From an uncultured Acetatifactor sp. (lineage in GTDB: Bacteria > Bacillota > Clostridia > Lachnospirales > Lachnospiraceae): DNA of 58,693 nt. How positions within the stretch are numbered: the first letter of the stretch is position 1; each line of letters starts with the position of its first letter. The stretch covers positions 1 to 58,693 of the forward strand of contig CAZHEM010000001.1 of assembly GCA_964531725.1 (NCBI GenBank), in the 5' to 3' direction. Under the pieces are notes generated by a model, which ran no database searches, was not told the origin of the DNA, and was given only the letters and a program-made list of their open reading frames with translations. The position numbers and the translations under genes were made by a program. Of the stretch, positions 28,965 to 39,784 are shown one piece after another.

Positions 28965-30056
28965 TTAATGAGTATGTTTCACTTTGTATACGGACTCTCG
29001 CTCTACGATTCTGGTACTAAATTCGTAGGTAATGTCCTTGGTCTTCCCTTCTATTAATTTTAGAAGCTGTTCTGCTGCCTTGGCACCAAGCTTTTCCTTG
29101 GGGTGTGGCAGTGAGGTAATTGGTATCTCACTGTGTCTTGCCAAGTCAGAATCATCAATACTAATAATAGACACATCCTCTGGCACTCGAATGCCTCTCT
29201 CTGTAAGAATGCGAATCAATTGAAAAGCCACCTGATCGTTGTAGCAAAGCAACGCTGTACATGCTTCCACGCGATTCAATATCTTATCTGTGCAATATGC
29301 CAATTGCTTAGATTCGTCAGTATCAATCCATACCATACGGGAATCCGTTACGGAATAACCTGCATTTTCCATGGCTTGCAGATACCCTAGATAACGAGAA
29401 CGTCCCTGACCATCATCCAGCTTGAAAATAGCACCGATATCTCTATGTCCTTTACTTATGAGATAGTCCACCGCAATTCTGGCAGCCTCCACATCATTCA
29501 ATGACACATGAGGCACATCCAATTCTGGATAATAGGTGTTAATAAAAAGTACAGGAATATGCTTTTCTAACAGCTTGCGATACAGTCCAATATTAGGATT
29601 CGGCAACCCACTTTTGGTTCCTTCCACAATCACGCCCGCTACATCATCTCTACTGATAATGTCCTCCAATACGCTTTTTTCTCTATCTAGCATATTGTTG
29701 GTAAAAGCAATCTGCACAGAATATCCTTCTTCAAAAAGCACCTTCTCAATGCCCTGTATAGTCTTAGGGAAAATATAACTATCCACGTAGGTAGTTACCA
29801 CCGCAATACGGTTACGCTTTTCCTTGCTAGGAGGGAGCTGTGTACTTACATAAGTTCCACTTCCCTTGATACGGGAAAGAATTCCTTGCTCCTGCAATAC
29901 ACCAATGGCCTTACGTACGGTCTCTCGACTAATGCCGAACATGGTACTTAATTCGTTTTCCGAATGAATCTTGTCGCCAGGTTTTAAGCTGCCATTCTCT
30001 ATCTGCAGTTGTATATATTCAATTACTTCTTGATATTTCGTCTGCTTCTCTTCCAT
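28965..30056 (-). CDS. araR: AraR-type repressor (GntR HTH plus LacI-type sugar-binding domain)
   Basis: SENEL...ISRETVRKAI...KGSGTYV GntR HTH fused to YIFP...CYNDQVA...SIISIDDS. Start at ATG 30056. Confidence 0.92.
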   Translation of the reverse strand: MEEKQTKYQEVIEYIQLQIENGSLKPGDKIHSENELSTMFGISRETVRKAIGVLQEQGILSRIKGSGTYVSTQLPPSKEKRNRIAVVTTYVDSYIFPKTIQGIEKVLFEEGYSVQIAFTNNMLDREKSVLEDIISRDDVAGVIVEGTKSGLPNPNIGLYRKLLEKHIPVLFINTYYPELDVPHVSLNDVEAARIAVDYLISKGHRDIGAIFKLDDGQGRSRYLGYLQAMENAGYSVTDSRMVWIDTDESKQLAYCTDKILNRVEACTALLCYNDQVAFQLIRILTERGIRVPEDVSIISIDDSDLARHSEIPITSLPHPKEKLGAKAAEQLLKLIEGKTKDITYEFSTRIVERESVYKVKHTH

Positions 30057-30078
30057 GCCCGCCTCTTCTCCTATTTTG

Positions 30079-30107
30079 AGTATAGTAATAGAACTGTCAG
30101 TTGTCAA
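30079..30107 (-). promoter_or_regulatory. SigA promoter of araR
   Basis: TTGACA (30107-30102), 17 bp, TATACT (30084-30079). Confidence 0.8.
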
Positions 30108-30140
30108 TACATCTTTCGCAACTTGTATTATTTTCTTTAT

Positions 30141-30161
30141 AAGTTGTACGGTAGACAACTT
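30141..30161. promoter_or_regulatory. Candidate AraR operator
   Basis: AAGTTGT-ACGGTAG-ACAACTT palindrome containing TTGTACG, similar to the B. subtilis AraR box half-site. Confidence 0.45.
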
Positions 30162-30224
30162 TGTTTTCATAATCTTATTTTCTATACATATATTGTAAAT
30201 AATGACAACAACTTAGGTGATCTC

Positions 30225-32072
30225 TTGAAACCTTCTATTTCCATTAACAAACGACTGCTCTTACCTGTAGGAACCTTCTTTTTGCTATTACTACTAATAA
30301 TTTTCCTGCTCTTTCATCAGGATGAACGTAGATTCCAAAAACTAACTCAACATTTTTTTCAGGAGGAAATGACTGCCAATACCTTGAACATGCATTATTC
30401 TCTGGCATATCCCGAAAATTACGGTATACATAACTACTCGCCTATCCTCCCCCCTTACAGCACGGAGGGCAACGCAGAAAGCAAAGCTTATATCACAGAA
30501 CTATTGATGGAGTTAGATAACATCTCCCCACAAGCATTAAGCCATGAGGATGAGTATGCTTATATATTGTTAAAACGTTATCTTACCTTATGCCTCAACC
30601 TATGCGAATACCCTTACTATGAAGAACCCCTATCTCCTTCCTCTGGCATGCAATCTCAGTTGCCCATACTCTTAGCAGAATATACGTTCCGCAGTAGGCA
30701 GGATGTGGAGGATTATCTAGCATTGTTAGACCAAATTGATGAGTATTTTGCCTCTCTGCTGTCCTTTGAACAGGAAAAAGCTGCTGCTGGGCTACTAATG
30801 CCCGCCTGCTCCATGGAAAAGGTTATTGAACAATGTGACACAATTGTCAGTGAAGACTCTTTAGCTAATGGCACACACTTTTTGCAGAGTACTTTTGCAG
30901 AACGAATCGAACTCTTATTGCAAAAACAATTAATTAGCGCTGAGGATGCCATGAATTATCAACGAACCAATGACCGCCTGTTGCGCACCGTAGTTCAACC
31001 AGCTTATGAAGCATTAGGTGACGGTCTATATGTGCTTCTAGACAGCAATATCCCTTTGACAGGTCTCGCTGCCAAACCACAGGGAGCAGAATATTATAAA
31101 CTTCTACTTATCTCTGAAACAGGCTCTTATCGCGAGATTTCGGAAATCAAAAGCCTACTCTTAGCCAAACTACAGGAAGAATACGATTCCTTGCTCTCCT
31201 ATAGTCGCCTATATTATGAGCAAGATTATTCTGCTGATGACGCATTTCCGTATGTGTCTAGCGAAGAAATGTTGCATGATTTGCAGAATCGCATGCTCAC
31301 TGATTTCCCCGCTTTAGATAATCAGAATACTAGACTCCCTTCCGTATCAGTAAAAGAAGTATCAAAAAGTCTACAAGAATATTGTGCCCCTGCATTTTAT
31401 CTCACTGCCCCTATTGATGATACTGACAATAATGTCATATATATCAATCCAGATAATGAGGACTTTGGACTAGATCTCTATACTACTTTGGCTCACGAAG
31501 GATATCCTGGACATTTATATCAAACGGTCTATAGTAACCGCTATTGTGCTATCAATGATATTAACAATGTTAGGCAGCTTCTATGGTACGGTGGCTATAT
31601 GGAAGGTTGGGCACTTTATGTAGAATTTCAGTCCTTTGATTATGCCTCAGCTTTACTAGAGGAACAAAACATGCCTGCTGAAGCACTTATGGCGCAAATA
31701 AAAAAGCACAACCGCAATCTGCAGTTATGCTTATACTCTCTCTTAGATATTATGATTCACTATGAGAACGCTTCTTATAATCAGGTAGCGCATGTACTTC
31801 AAGCCTTTGGTATTGATGACGTAGATTCCATCACTGCTATCTATACTTATATCGTGGAAGAACCTTGCAACTACCTTAAATATTACTTAGGTTACATGGA
31901 AATCTTAGAGCTGCAACAGCAAGCACGAGCTCTTTGGGGGGCCGATTATACTGATTACGCTTTTCACCGCTTTCTATTAGACCGCGGACCATCTGACTTT
32001 TCCACTCTAACCGAACATCTTACAAAGTACGGAAGAACTGATTCGCATTACGCAACGCTCTCTCCAGAATAA
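30225..32072 (+). CDS. DUF885 family protein (membrane-anchored, HExxPGH metallopeptidase-like)
   Basis: LAHEGYPGHLYQ, EGWALYVE, YYLG motifs; N-terminal TM. Likely start TTG 30225 after SD AGGTGA. Confidence 0.85.
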   Translation: MKPSISINKRLLLPVGTFFLLLLLIIFLLFHQDERRFQKLTQHFFQEEMTANTLNMHYSLAYPENYGIHNYSPILPPYSTEGNAESKAYITELLMELDNISPQALSHEDEYAYILLKRYLTLCLNLCEYPYYEEPLSPSSGMQSQLPILLAEYTFRSRQDVEDYLALLDQIDEYFASLLSFEQEKAAAGLLMPACSMEKVIEQCDTIVSEDSLANGTHFLQSTFAERIELLLQKQLISAEDAMNYQRTNDRLLRTVVQPAYEALGDGLYVLLDSNIPLTGLAAKPQGAEYYKLLLISETGSYREISEIKSLLLAKLQEEYDSLLSYSRLYYEQDYSADDAFPYVSSEEMLHDLQNRMLTDFPALDNQNTRLPSVSVKEVSKSLQEYCAPAFYLTAPIDDTDNNVIYINPDNEDFGLDLYTTLAHEGYPGHLYQTVYSNRYCAINDINNVRQLLWYGGYMEGWALYVEFQSFDYASALLEEQNMPAEALMAQIKKHNRNLQLCLYSLLDIMIHYENASYNQVAHVLQAFGIDDVDSITAIYTYIVEEPCNYLKYYLGYMEILELQQQARALWGADYTDYAFHRFLLDRGPSDFSTLTEHLTKYGRTDSHYATLSPE

Positions 32073-32454
32073 CCTGTTCCTCCATGCTGAGGCCTTCTGT
32101 AATAGCATCTATCATCTGCTGATGGAAGGCTTCGTGTTGGGCATGGGCTGCTCGTCCCTTCTCTGTCAATGAGATGAGAACCACTCGACGGTCCTCCTCA
32201 CTGCGTACACGTTCCACATAGCCTTTTTTTACCAATCCGTTCACAGAAATGGTCAAGGTACCTGTGGTGACAGACAATGCTCTTGCAACAGTGGACATGT
32301 TTTTCGCTTCTTTCGTATCAATTGCTTCTATAACATGCATATCATTCACAGTCAAATCATTATATTCACCTGTACGAATTGCTCTTTCTTCAATTGTGTT
32401 GATATCACGAAATAGCTTTACTAGCACTTCGTTTAAAGTTGAAGTAATATTCAC
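32020..32454 (-). CDS. fabT: MarR family regulator, FabT-like
   Basis: 'LNEVLVKLFRDINTIEERAI...DLTVNDMHVIEAI...TLTISVNGLVKKGYVER.RSEEDRRVV'; close to the fab operon, which carries a FabT-type box. Confidence 0.75.
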   Translation of the reverse strand: MNITSTLNEVLVKLFRDINTIEERAIRTGEYNDLTVNDMHVIEAIDTKEAKNMSTVARALSVTTGTLTISVNGLVKKGYVERVRSEEDRRVVLISLTEKGRAAHAQHEAFHQQMIDAITEGLSMEEQVILERALRNANQFFRTL

Positions 32455-32455
32455 T

Positions 32456-32908
32456 TTACTCCTCCATCATGCTTTCCAGATAACCTCTGTCCCATAATAA
32501 AATCTTTAGCTTCTTAGCAGCCTCTACTGCTGGTGTAGTGAAATACTGATTGGTCAAAACAGCACCCACCATGCAATCATAATAATCACGTCCAGCATAA
32601 GCTTCTTGTATTGCTTTCACTCCTACTGGGGTGGCATAGCATTTACATTGGATAGCATAGGTTATTCCGTCTTTTTCTGCAAGTATATCAATTCCATAGT
32701 CGCCACTTCCCTTGGTAACCTCTACTTCTAGGAAGCCGTGCTTTCTCAATAGCTCTGCACAATAATATTCAAAATCGCGGCCTTCCATCAAGTCAATCTG
32801 GCTAGGCTGAATGCGTTTTGCCTTGGCTAACAACGCTACCCCGATTCCTACAACGAATGCCACAATAAAAATAATTAAGATTGTAATAAGAAACCAATTT
32901 GTATTCAT
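32456..32908 (-). CDS. Membrane-anchored Mrr_cat restriction-endonuclease-domain protein
   Basis: N-terminal TM; 'GRDFE', 'GDYGIDI...AIQCKCY', 'LTNQYFT..A'. Confidence 0.85.
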   Translation of the reverse strand: MNTNWFLITILIIFIVAFVVGIGVALLAKAKRIQPSQIDLMEGRDFEYYCAELLRKHGFLEVEVTKGSGDYGIDILAEKDGITYAIQCKCYATPVGVKAIQEAYAGRDYYDCMVGAVLTNQYFTTPAVEAAKKLKILLWDRGYLESMMEE

Positions 32909-32960
32909 GGATTCATTCTACCACATAACCTCGCCTTTTTGCCACTTGATTTTCATATTA

Positions 32961-32989
32961 TTGACAAAAGCCTCATCCGGTTCTATACT
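32961..32989 (+). promoter_or_regulatory. SigA promoter of the AEC transporter gene
   Basis: TTGACA (32961-32966), 17 bp, TATACT (32984-32989). Confidence 0.75.
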
Positions 32990-33013
32990 CACTTGAGGAA
33001 AGTGAGATTAATT

Positions 33014-33961
33014 ATGGAACAATTAATGTTTAGCCTAAATGCTACCATTCCTATTTTTCTCGTAATGGTCATTGGGTATGTATTAAAAACAAAAAAAATT
33101 CTGGATGAACCATTTGTAAAAACCTTAAATTCTTTTAATTATAAAATTACATTGCCACTCCTTTTATTCAAGGATATTGCAGAATCGGATTTCTACGCAG
33201 TATGGGATACCAAATATGTGCTATTTTGCTTCATAGTGACATTGGTTACTATCTCGGTAATCTGGATTGTAGCAGGGCTTGTCTATCGAGATAAAGATCG
33301 CCTTGGCGAATTTATACAAGCCTCTTATCGAAGCAGCGCTGCGGTACTGGGAATTGCTTTTATTCAAAATATCTATGGTAACTCTGGCATGGCACCTTTA
33401 ATGATTATTGGAACTGTTCCACTATATAATGTTGCAGCTGTATTGGTATTATCCTTTACGGGGCCTTCCTCACATGGTTTGGATAAGGAATCTCTCAAGT
33501 CCTCCATCAAAGGCATTGCAACGAACCCTATTATCTTAGGTATTCTACTAGGTATGATTGTATCGGCTTGCCAGATTCATTTTCCTGTGATTATAACCAA
33601 GACGATTGGTAACTTGTCTGTATTGGCAACGCCACTTGCTCTGATTGGCTTAGGTGCAGGCTTTGAGGGACGCAAAGCATTAAAACAGCTCGGCCCCACA
33701 GCCCTAGCATCCTTTATTAAACTGGTATTATTACCTGCCATATTCCTACCAATTGCAATTTCCCTTGGCTTTACCAATGAGAAATTAGTAGCAATCTTGG
33801 TAATGCTTGGCTCGCCTACCACAGTAAGCTGTTATATCATGGCGAAAAATATGGGCCACGAAGGTACCCTTACCTCCAGTGCGGTGGTTGCTACTACCTT
33901 CTTAAGTTCCATTACTTTGACTGCATACCTCTTCCTATTACGCAGTCTTAATCTTATCTAA
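33014..33961 (+). CDS. AEC (auxin efflux carrier) family transporter
   Basis: About 10 TM helices; 'LPLLLF', 'NPIILG', 'ATPLALIGLG', 'PTTVSCYIMA'. ATG 33014. Confidence 0.88.
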   Translation: MEQLMFSLNATIPIFLVMVIGYVLKTKKILDEPFVKTLNSFNYKITLPLLLFKDIAESDFYAVWDTKYVLFCFIVTLVTISVIWIVAGLVYRDKDRLGEFIQASYRSSAAVLGIAFIQNIYGNSGMAPLMIIGTVPLYNVAAVLVLSFTGPSSHGLDKESLKSSIKGIATNPIILGILLGMIVSACQIHFPVIITKTIGNLSVLATPLALIGLGAGFEGRKALKQLGPTALASFIKLVLLPAIFLPIAISLGFTNEKLVAILVMLGSPTTVSCYIMAKNMGHEGTLTSSAVVATTFLSSITLTAYLFLLRSLNLI

Positions 33962-34034
33962 TGTGGTACATTCCGTCTCAAACTTCACTGAATGAACGAT
34001 ACCATCATTAGCATTTATTAACTAAATCATAGAT

Positions 34035-34565
34035 TTACATCATCACCCTCGTAACCACAACACTTGCTATGGTTCCCGCCATGGTAGCGATTAGTGAGCC
34101 AGCGAGGGTGTATCTTGTTTTGGTGACTTTTGCCGCCAAGAAATATACACTCATTGTATAAAAAATCGTCTCAGTGCAACTCATCAATACCGATGCCAAG
34201 AATCCAATATAGGAATCTGGTCCATAGGTCTTGAAAATATCAAGCACTAATCCTGTAGATGCCGAAGAAGAAAACATCTTAATAAGTAAAAGAGGCATAA
34301 TCTGTCCTGGCAGACCAACTAGTGACGCCAATGGTTCTATGAATTGCCCGATAGCCTCTAACAGACCAGAAGCTCGCAGAATACCTACTGCCATTAACAA
34401 TCCGATTAATGTTGGTACCAAATCTACGACTATCTTAAGTCCTTCCTTGGCACCATCAAGGAACACCTCATACACCTTGATGCGACGCATTAATCCATAA
34501 CCCACTACTCCCACAATAATGAGCGGAATTATAATACTTGACATTTGTGACAGAACTGTCATCAT
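34035..34565 (-). CDS. spmB: Spore maturation protein B
   Basis: 'VYEVFLDGAKEG', 'GILRASG', 'GPDS...SCTETIFYT'. Confidence 0.93.
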   Translation of the reverse strand: MMTVLSQMSSIIIPLIIVGVVGYGLMRRIKVYEVFLDGAKEGLKIVVDLVPTLIGLLMAVGILRASGLLEAIGQFIEPLASLVGLPGQIMPLLLIKMFSSSASTGLVLDIFKTYGPDSYIGFLASVLMSCTETIFYTMSVYFLAAKVTKTRYTLAGSLIATMAGTIASVVVTRVMM

Positions 34566-34569
34566 AGTT

Positions 34570-35190
34570 CTATCCTCTGTCCTTTATCTTGCAATATAGA
34601 ATTGCCACAATCGTCCCTACCGTAGTAGCAATAATAGCAGGCATGATTATCTGTGTGGGATTAACGCTGCCATATTGGCTACGATAAGCAATCATATTAA
34701 CTGGAATAAGCTGTAACGATGAAATGTTTAGAATGAGGAAATTACACATTTCATTGCTACAGCTTATCTCTCTTTTTTTCCTATCCTTTGTATTCGTAGA
34801 AGGGATACTGCCTGCCCTCTCTTCTTCAAGGTTCGCTAATTCTTCCATTGCTTTCAATCCAGCAGGAGTACAAGCCCACCCTAGGCCCAATACATTGGAG
34901 ATAATATTGGTGGCGATATATTCCCTGGAAGGATGATTTTTCGGAATTCTTGGGAACATAAAATTCAAAAAGGGGTCTATCCCTTTGGTCATCTTTTGAA
35001 TCACACCAGCTTCCATAGCGATTCGCATCAGCCCCATCCAAAGGGCTACCACTCCAGCCATGGTAATGCACAGAGAAATCGCTTCTCCTGCACTGTCTAG
35101 GAAGGCATCTGATATGGTCTGCATATTACCCGTAAAAGCGGCGTAAATGATTCCCAACAATATCATGCATGCCCAGATGTAATTTAACAT
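34570..35190 (-). CDS. spmA: Spore maturation protein A
   Basis: MLNYIW, 'LWMGLM', 'NVLGLGWACTPAGLKAM', 'LNISSLQLIP'. Confidence 0.93.
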   Translation of the reverse strand: MLNYIWACMILLGIIYAAFTGNMQTISDAFLDSAGEAISLCITMAGVVALWMGLMRIAMEAGVIQKMTKGIDPFLNFMFPRIPKNHPSREYIATNIISNVLGLGWACTPAGLKAMEELANLEEERAGSIPSTNTKDRKKREISCSNEMCNFLILNISSLQLIPVNMIAYRSQYGSVNPTQIIMPAIIATTVGTIVAILYCKIKDRG

Positions 35191-35227
35191 AGTGTTCACC
35201 TGAAAATATTTTTAACAGTATATTCAG

Positions 35228-36199
35228 TTACCACTCAATTAATGCAGTTCCCCATGTAAGTCCTGCGCCAAAGCCAGACATTACAATCTTATCTCCAGCC
35301 TTTAACATACCTTTCTGATTCATCTCATCCAACAGAATTGGCACGCTAGCTGCAGATACATTTCCACAATGGTCTAGACTGATTGGGAATTTATCCTCAG
35401 GCTGTTTCAGTCTCTTGGCAACAGACTGTAAGATACGGATATTTGCTTGATGAAGTGCAAAATAAGTTACTTCATCTACGGATACATTTGCCTGCTCTAA
35501 TACCTTTTCAATAGAGCGAGGTACCGTACTAACAGCAAATTTGTATACTTCCTGACCATCCATATATACATAATTTAAATCAGTAGGATTCTGTACTAGT
35601 GGATTATTATTCTTGCGGTTCTCGCATTTAAGTACCATTCCCTTGCTTCCATCAGAACCTTGTTCAAAAGCAATTAATCCACCTTTTTCACCTTCAACAC
35701 CTTGAACAACTGCTGCACCTGCACCATCTCCAAACAATACACAGGTACTTCTATCGTTCCAATCCATAATCTTGGATAAAGTCTCTGCTCCAAGAATCAA
35801 TGCGGTCTTATAGATACCCGCTTTGATATAAGCATTCACAGTGTTTAATGCGAAAAGAAATCCCGAACATGCTGCATTAATATCAAACGCAACTGCATTT
35901 ACAGCCCCAAGACCAGCTTGAACCTCACATGCAGCAGATGGGGTAACATGGTCCGCAGATACTGTTCCTACGATAATAATATCAATTTCTTCTGCTGTTA
36001 CGCCTGCGTTAGCAAGAGCACGCTTCGCTGCCTCTACACACATAAACGTAGTGTTCTCTTCTTTTACTAAATGACGTTCTCTGATTCCAGTACGTGAACT
36101 AATCCATTCATCAGAGGTATCCATTATTTTAGCTAGATCGTCATTGGTTACTTTATTAGAAGGAAGATAGCTTCCTGTTCCAATGATTTTTGTAATCAT
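35228..36199 (-). CDS. fabH: 3-oxoacyl-ACP synthase III
   Basis: DTSDEWI..RTGI, AACSGF, FGDGAGA, HQAN, GNVSAAS, GFGAGLTWG. Confidence 0.97.
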   Translation of the reverse strand: MITKIIGTGSYLPSNKVTNDDLAKIMDTSDEWISSRTGIRERHLVKEENTTFMCVEAAKRALANAGVTAEEIDIIIVGTVSADHVTPSAACEVQAGLGAVNAVAFDINAACSGFLFALNTVNAYIKAGIYKTALILGAETLSKIMDWNDRSTCVLFGDGAGAAVVQGVEGEKGGLIAFEQGSDGSKGMVLKCENRKNNNPLVQNPTDLNYVYMDGQEVYKFAVSTVPRSIEKVLEQANVSVDEVTYFALHQANIRILQSVAKRLKQPEDKFPISLDHCGNVSAASVPILLDEMNQKGMLKAGDKIVMSGFGAGLTWGTALIEW

Positions 36200-36265
36200 A
36201 ATTTTGTCTCCTAAATGTCTTCCGTCAAAGCATCTATAGTAGATGTTTTCTTATCAAATCTCTTG

Positions 36266-37318
36266 TTATGCGAACTCCTGCATAATATCACTTACATGCT
36301 CTAATCTCGTTGCTCTATAAGCATTGGTTCCGCAGAAAAGCAATGCCTTATCCACATTACCTTTTGCTGCATTAATTAGAGCTTCCGTAATACAATATGG
36401 CGTTTCGTTTGGCTTGCAATGAGTTAAACACAAACGACATTTTTCAGGTGCAATTCTTCCCTCTTGAGTTCTTTGCACAAAATCGTTCTGAATTGCTCTA
36501 CCTGGCATGCCAACAGGGCTCTTTACAATGGTGATGTCCTCTTTGGTCGCATCAATATATGTCTGCTTGTATTCCTCAGAAGCATCACATTCATAGGTAG
36601 TTACAAAACGAGTAGCCATCTGCACGCCGTCTGCCCCCAATCCACATGCCTTTTCAGCGTCCTCTCTGGTATAAATACCACCTGCAACTACCACAGGAAT
36701 TGATTTATTAGAATTCTCCCCGCACGCTTTCACGTACTTTACAATGGAGCGAATCTCTTCATCATAGTTCATCTGCTCCATGTTCTCTATTTGTTCATAA
36801 GAAAATCCAAGATGTCCGCCTGCTTTAGGTCCCTCAATTACCACAAGGTCGGGCAACTTATCATATTTTTTCAGCCAGTATTTTACAATAACCTGTGCCG
36901 ACTTCAAACTTGATACGATAGGCGCAATTTTAGTTTTCGTACCTTCTACCAACGCTGGTAGAGACATTGGCAAGCCTGCACCTGATATAATCAGATCCAC
37001 ACCTGCTGCCACTGCTGCCTTAACGTATTTTTCATACTCTCTGGTAGCAACCATAATGTTAACGCCGATGATTCCTCCCTTTGCTATATCTCTAGCCTTT
37101 TTAATCTCATCTGCAATAGCTTTCAGGTTGCTTCCAAGAGGATCTTTATCGAAGTCAGGACTACGAAAGCCTATCTGCGCAGTAGAAATAATACCTACAC
37201 CGCCTGCTGCCGCAACAGCTCCAGCCAAACCCGACAAGCTAATTCCAACACCCATTCCACCTTGAATGACTGGAATCCTCGCTGTCAAGTCACCGATGTT
37301 TAAAGCCTTTAATCCCAT
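36266..37318 (-). CDS. Nitronate monooxygenase family flavoprotein, FabX/UfaA-like, with C-terminal Cys cluster
   Basis: IQGGMGVGIS, SGAGLP, EGPKAGGHLG, SPVGMPGRA, CRLCLTHC...PYC; inside the fab operon. Confidence 0.8.
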   Translation of the reverse strand: MGLKALNIGDLTARIPVIQGGMGVGISLSGLAGAVAAAGGVGIISTAQIGFRSPDFDKDPLGSNLKAIADEIKKARDIAKGGIIGVNIMVATREYEKYVKAAVAAGVDLIISGAGLPMSLPALVEGTKTKIAPIVSSLKSAQVIVKYWLKKYDKLPDLVVIEGPKAGGHLGFSYEQIENMEQMNYDEEIRSIVKYVKACGENSNKSIPVVVAGGIYTREDAEKACGLGADGVQMATRFVTTYECDASEEYKQTYIDATKEDITIVKSPVGMPGRAIQNDFVQRTQEGRIAPEKCRLCLTHCKPNETPYCITEALINAAKGNVDKALLFCGTNAYRATRLEHVSDIMQEFA

Positions 37319-37342
37319 AATCCTGCTTACTCCTTTACTGCT

Positions 37343-37771
37343 TTAACCTACTGAGAAGGTAAGCTCTGCCTGTGCCACTAATTTGTCACCAACATAAGCC
37401 TTTGCACTACCTACACCAATAGGGCCTTTTACTTTAATAATCTCTGTTTCTAAACGAAGAACATCACCAGGTACCACTTTGCCCTTGAATTTTGCAGAGT
37501 TAATTGCTGCAAAATACGCAATTTTTCCTCTATTCTCTTCCTTTTTAAGGATTGCAACTGCTCCAACCTGCGCCAATGCTTCGATGATTAACACACCCGG
37601 CATAACAGGTTCCTGTGGGAAATGTCCTGCAAAGAAAGGTTCATTGTAGGATACGCATTTCTTGCCTACTGCACGTACGCCTTCCTCTAATTCTTCAATT
37701 GTATCCACCAACAGAAATGGTTGTCTGTGTGGAATGATTTCCATAATTTCCTTTGTTGTAAGTAATGACAT
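37343..37771 (-). CDS. fabZ: 3-hydroxyacyl-ACP dehydratase
   Basis: [28 protein letters not shown]. Confidence 0.97.
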   Translation of the reverse strand: MSLLTTKEIMEIIPHRQPFLLVDTIEELEEGVRAVGKKCVSYNEPFFAGHFPQEPVMPGVLIIEALAQVGAVAILKKEENRGKIAYFAAINSAKFKGKVVPGDVLRLETEIIKVKGPIGVGSAKAYVGDKLVAQAELTFSVG

Positions 37772-37781
37772 AATAAACCTC

Positions 37782-39017
37782 TTATTCTGCGTACTTTTTA
37801 ATCAAGATACTTGCATTGTGTCCGCCGAAACCTAATGAGTTAGATAATGCATAAGTAAAGTCGCCACTTACTGCTTGTTTACAATAATCCAAATCAATCT
37901 CTTCATCTGGAGTCTGATATCCAACAGTCTGGTGAATATAGCCTTCCTCCAACTCTTTTACGCAAGTGATAAACTCAATTGCACCAGCTGCACCAAGAAG
38001 ATGACCAATCATAGATTTGGTTGAGTTAATCTTGATATTTTTAGCATGCTCACCAAAGCAAAGCTTAATTGCCCTAGTCTCGAATAAATCATTGTGATGT
38101 GTACTGGTTCCATGAGCGTTGATATAGGTAATCTCATTTTTATCTACGCCTGCATCTTTTACTGCATATTCCATAGCGGTAGCAGCACCAGAGCCATCCT
38201 CTGCAGGAGAAGTAATGTGATATGCATCACTGGTACAACCATATCCTACTACTTCAGCATAAATTTTCGCACCACGTTTCTTTGCGTGCTCAAGTTCTTC
38301 CAATACAACAATTGCTGCACCTTCGCCCATTACAAATCCACTACGGTCTTTGTCAAATGGGATGGAACATCTCTCTGGATCCTCGCTAGAAGTTAATGCA
38401 GTAAGCGCTGCGAATCCGCCAACACCAAGTGGAGTAATACAACTTTCTGTACCACCTGCAACCATAACATCTGCATCACCATACTGAATAGAACGGAAAG
38501 CCTCTCCTACAGAGTTGGTACCTGTTGCACAAGCAGTTACTACGTTAACGCTCTTACCCTTTAAACCAAACTGAATAGATACATTACCTGCAGCCATATT
38601 AGAAATCATCAATGGAACCATCAATGGGTTCATTCTGCCAGGGCCTTTTTCCAATAATTTTGTATGCTCTCTCTCAACAGCCTGCAAAGAACCAATACCA
38701 GAACCTACTGATACGCCTACACGGAAAGGGTCTTCTTTCTCCATATCAAGTCCCGCATCTTCCATAGCTTCCTTAGTAGCAGCTACTGCATACTGACAGA
38801 AAAGTTCCATTCTCTTTGCTGCTTTAGGATCCATGTACGCCTTACCATCAAAGCCTTTTACCTCTGCAGCAATCTTACATTTGTATTCTGATGCATCAAA
38901 TTTCGTAATAAAGTCAAAACCTTTCTTACCTTCCTTAACGCCTGCCCAGAATTCATCTACACTCAAACCGATGGGAGTGATTGCTCCCATACCAGTTACT
39001 ACAACTCGTCTACTCAT
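37782..39017 (-). CDS. fabF: 3-oxoacyl-ACP synthase II
   Basis: [31 protein letters not shown]. Confidence 0.97.
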   Translation of the reverse strand: MSRRVVVTGMGAITPIGLSVDEFWAGVKEGKKGFDFITKFDASEYKCKIAAEVKGFDGKAYMDPKAAKRMELFCQYAVAATKEAMEDAGLDMEKEDPFRVGVSVGSGIGSLQAVEREHTKLLEKGPGRMNPLMVPLMISNMAAGNVSIQFGLKGKSVNVVTACATGTNSVGEAFRSIQYGDADVMVAGGTESCITPLGVGGFAALTALTSSEDPERCSIPFDKDRSGFVMGEGAAIVVLEELEHAKKRGAKIYAEVVGYGCTSDAYHITSPAEDGSGAATAMEYAVKDAGVDKNEITYINAHGTSTHHNDLFETRAIKLCFGEHAKNIKINSTKSMIGHLLGAAGAIEFITCVKELEEGYIHQTVGYQTPDEEIDLDYCKQAVSGDFTYALSNSLGFGGHNASILIKKYAE

Positions 39018-39032
39018 TATTTTCCCTCTCTC

Positions 39033-39773
39033 TTACATGTGCATTCCGCCGTCAACGGAGATTACCTGACCGGTAATATAAGCAGCTTTCTCACTTGCCA
39101 AGAATGCAACAGTCTCTGCAATATCCTTTGGTGCTCCCACTCTCTTAAGTGGAATCTGGCTAAGAACTGCCTCTTTTGCACTGTCTGTCATTGCCTGTGT
39201 CATATCGGTATCGATATAACCTGGTGCTACTGCATTTACAGTAATGCCACGGCTTGCCAACTCTCTTGCCACGCTCTTGGTTAATCCAACAACGCCTGCT
39301 TTGCTGGCAGAATAGTTTGCCTGACCTGGATTACCAAGCAAGCCACTTACGGATGCGATATTGATGATTCGTCCGCTCTTTTGTTTTAAGAATGCGCGGT
39401 AAGTACTCTTAATGGTATTGAATGTACCTTTTAAGTTCGTATCAATTACTGCATCAAAATCTGCATCACTAATCTTCATTACTAAGTTGTCCTTGGTGAT
39501 TCCAGCATTGTTAACTAAAATATCCAAGTGACCATATGTATCTAATACTCCCTGAATCATTGCACTACAAGCTTCACTATCTGCAACAGAGCACTGAATT
39601 GCTTCTGCGCATCCCCCATTGCCTGTAATTTCTGCAACAACTTCATCTGCTTTCTCTTTAGAACCATTGTAGTTGACAATTACGGTCGCACCATACTCTG
39701 CAAGTGTTACTGCAATTGCTCTACCGATTCCACGGCTTGCGCCTGTTACTAATGCTACCTTACCTGATAACAT
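39033..39773 (-). CDS. fabG: 3-oxoacyl-ACP reductase
   Basis: [21 protein letters not shown]. Confidence 0.97.
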   Translation of the reverse strand: MLSGKVALVTGASRGIGRAIAVTLAEYGATVIVNYNGSKEKADEVVAEITGNGGCAEAIQCSVADSEACSAMIQGVLDTYGHLDILVNNAGITKDNLVMKISDADFDAVIDTNLKGTFNTIKSTYRAFLKQKSGRIINIASVSGLLGNPGQANYSASKAGVVGLTKSVARELASRGITVNAVAPGYIDTDMTQAMTDSAKEAVLSQIPLKRVGAPKDIAETVAFLASEKAAYITGQVISVDGGMHM

Positions 39774-39784
39774 AAGTTCCCTCC

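Noticed and set aside
32456-32908. Mrr-domain gene as a defence island
   Set aside because: A solitary TM-Mrr_cat gene among housekeeping genes, with no methylase or other defence genes nearby.
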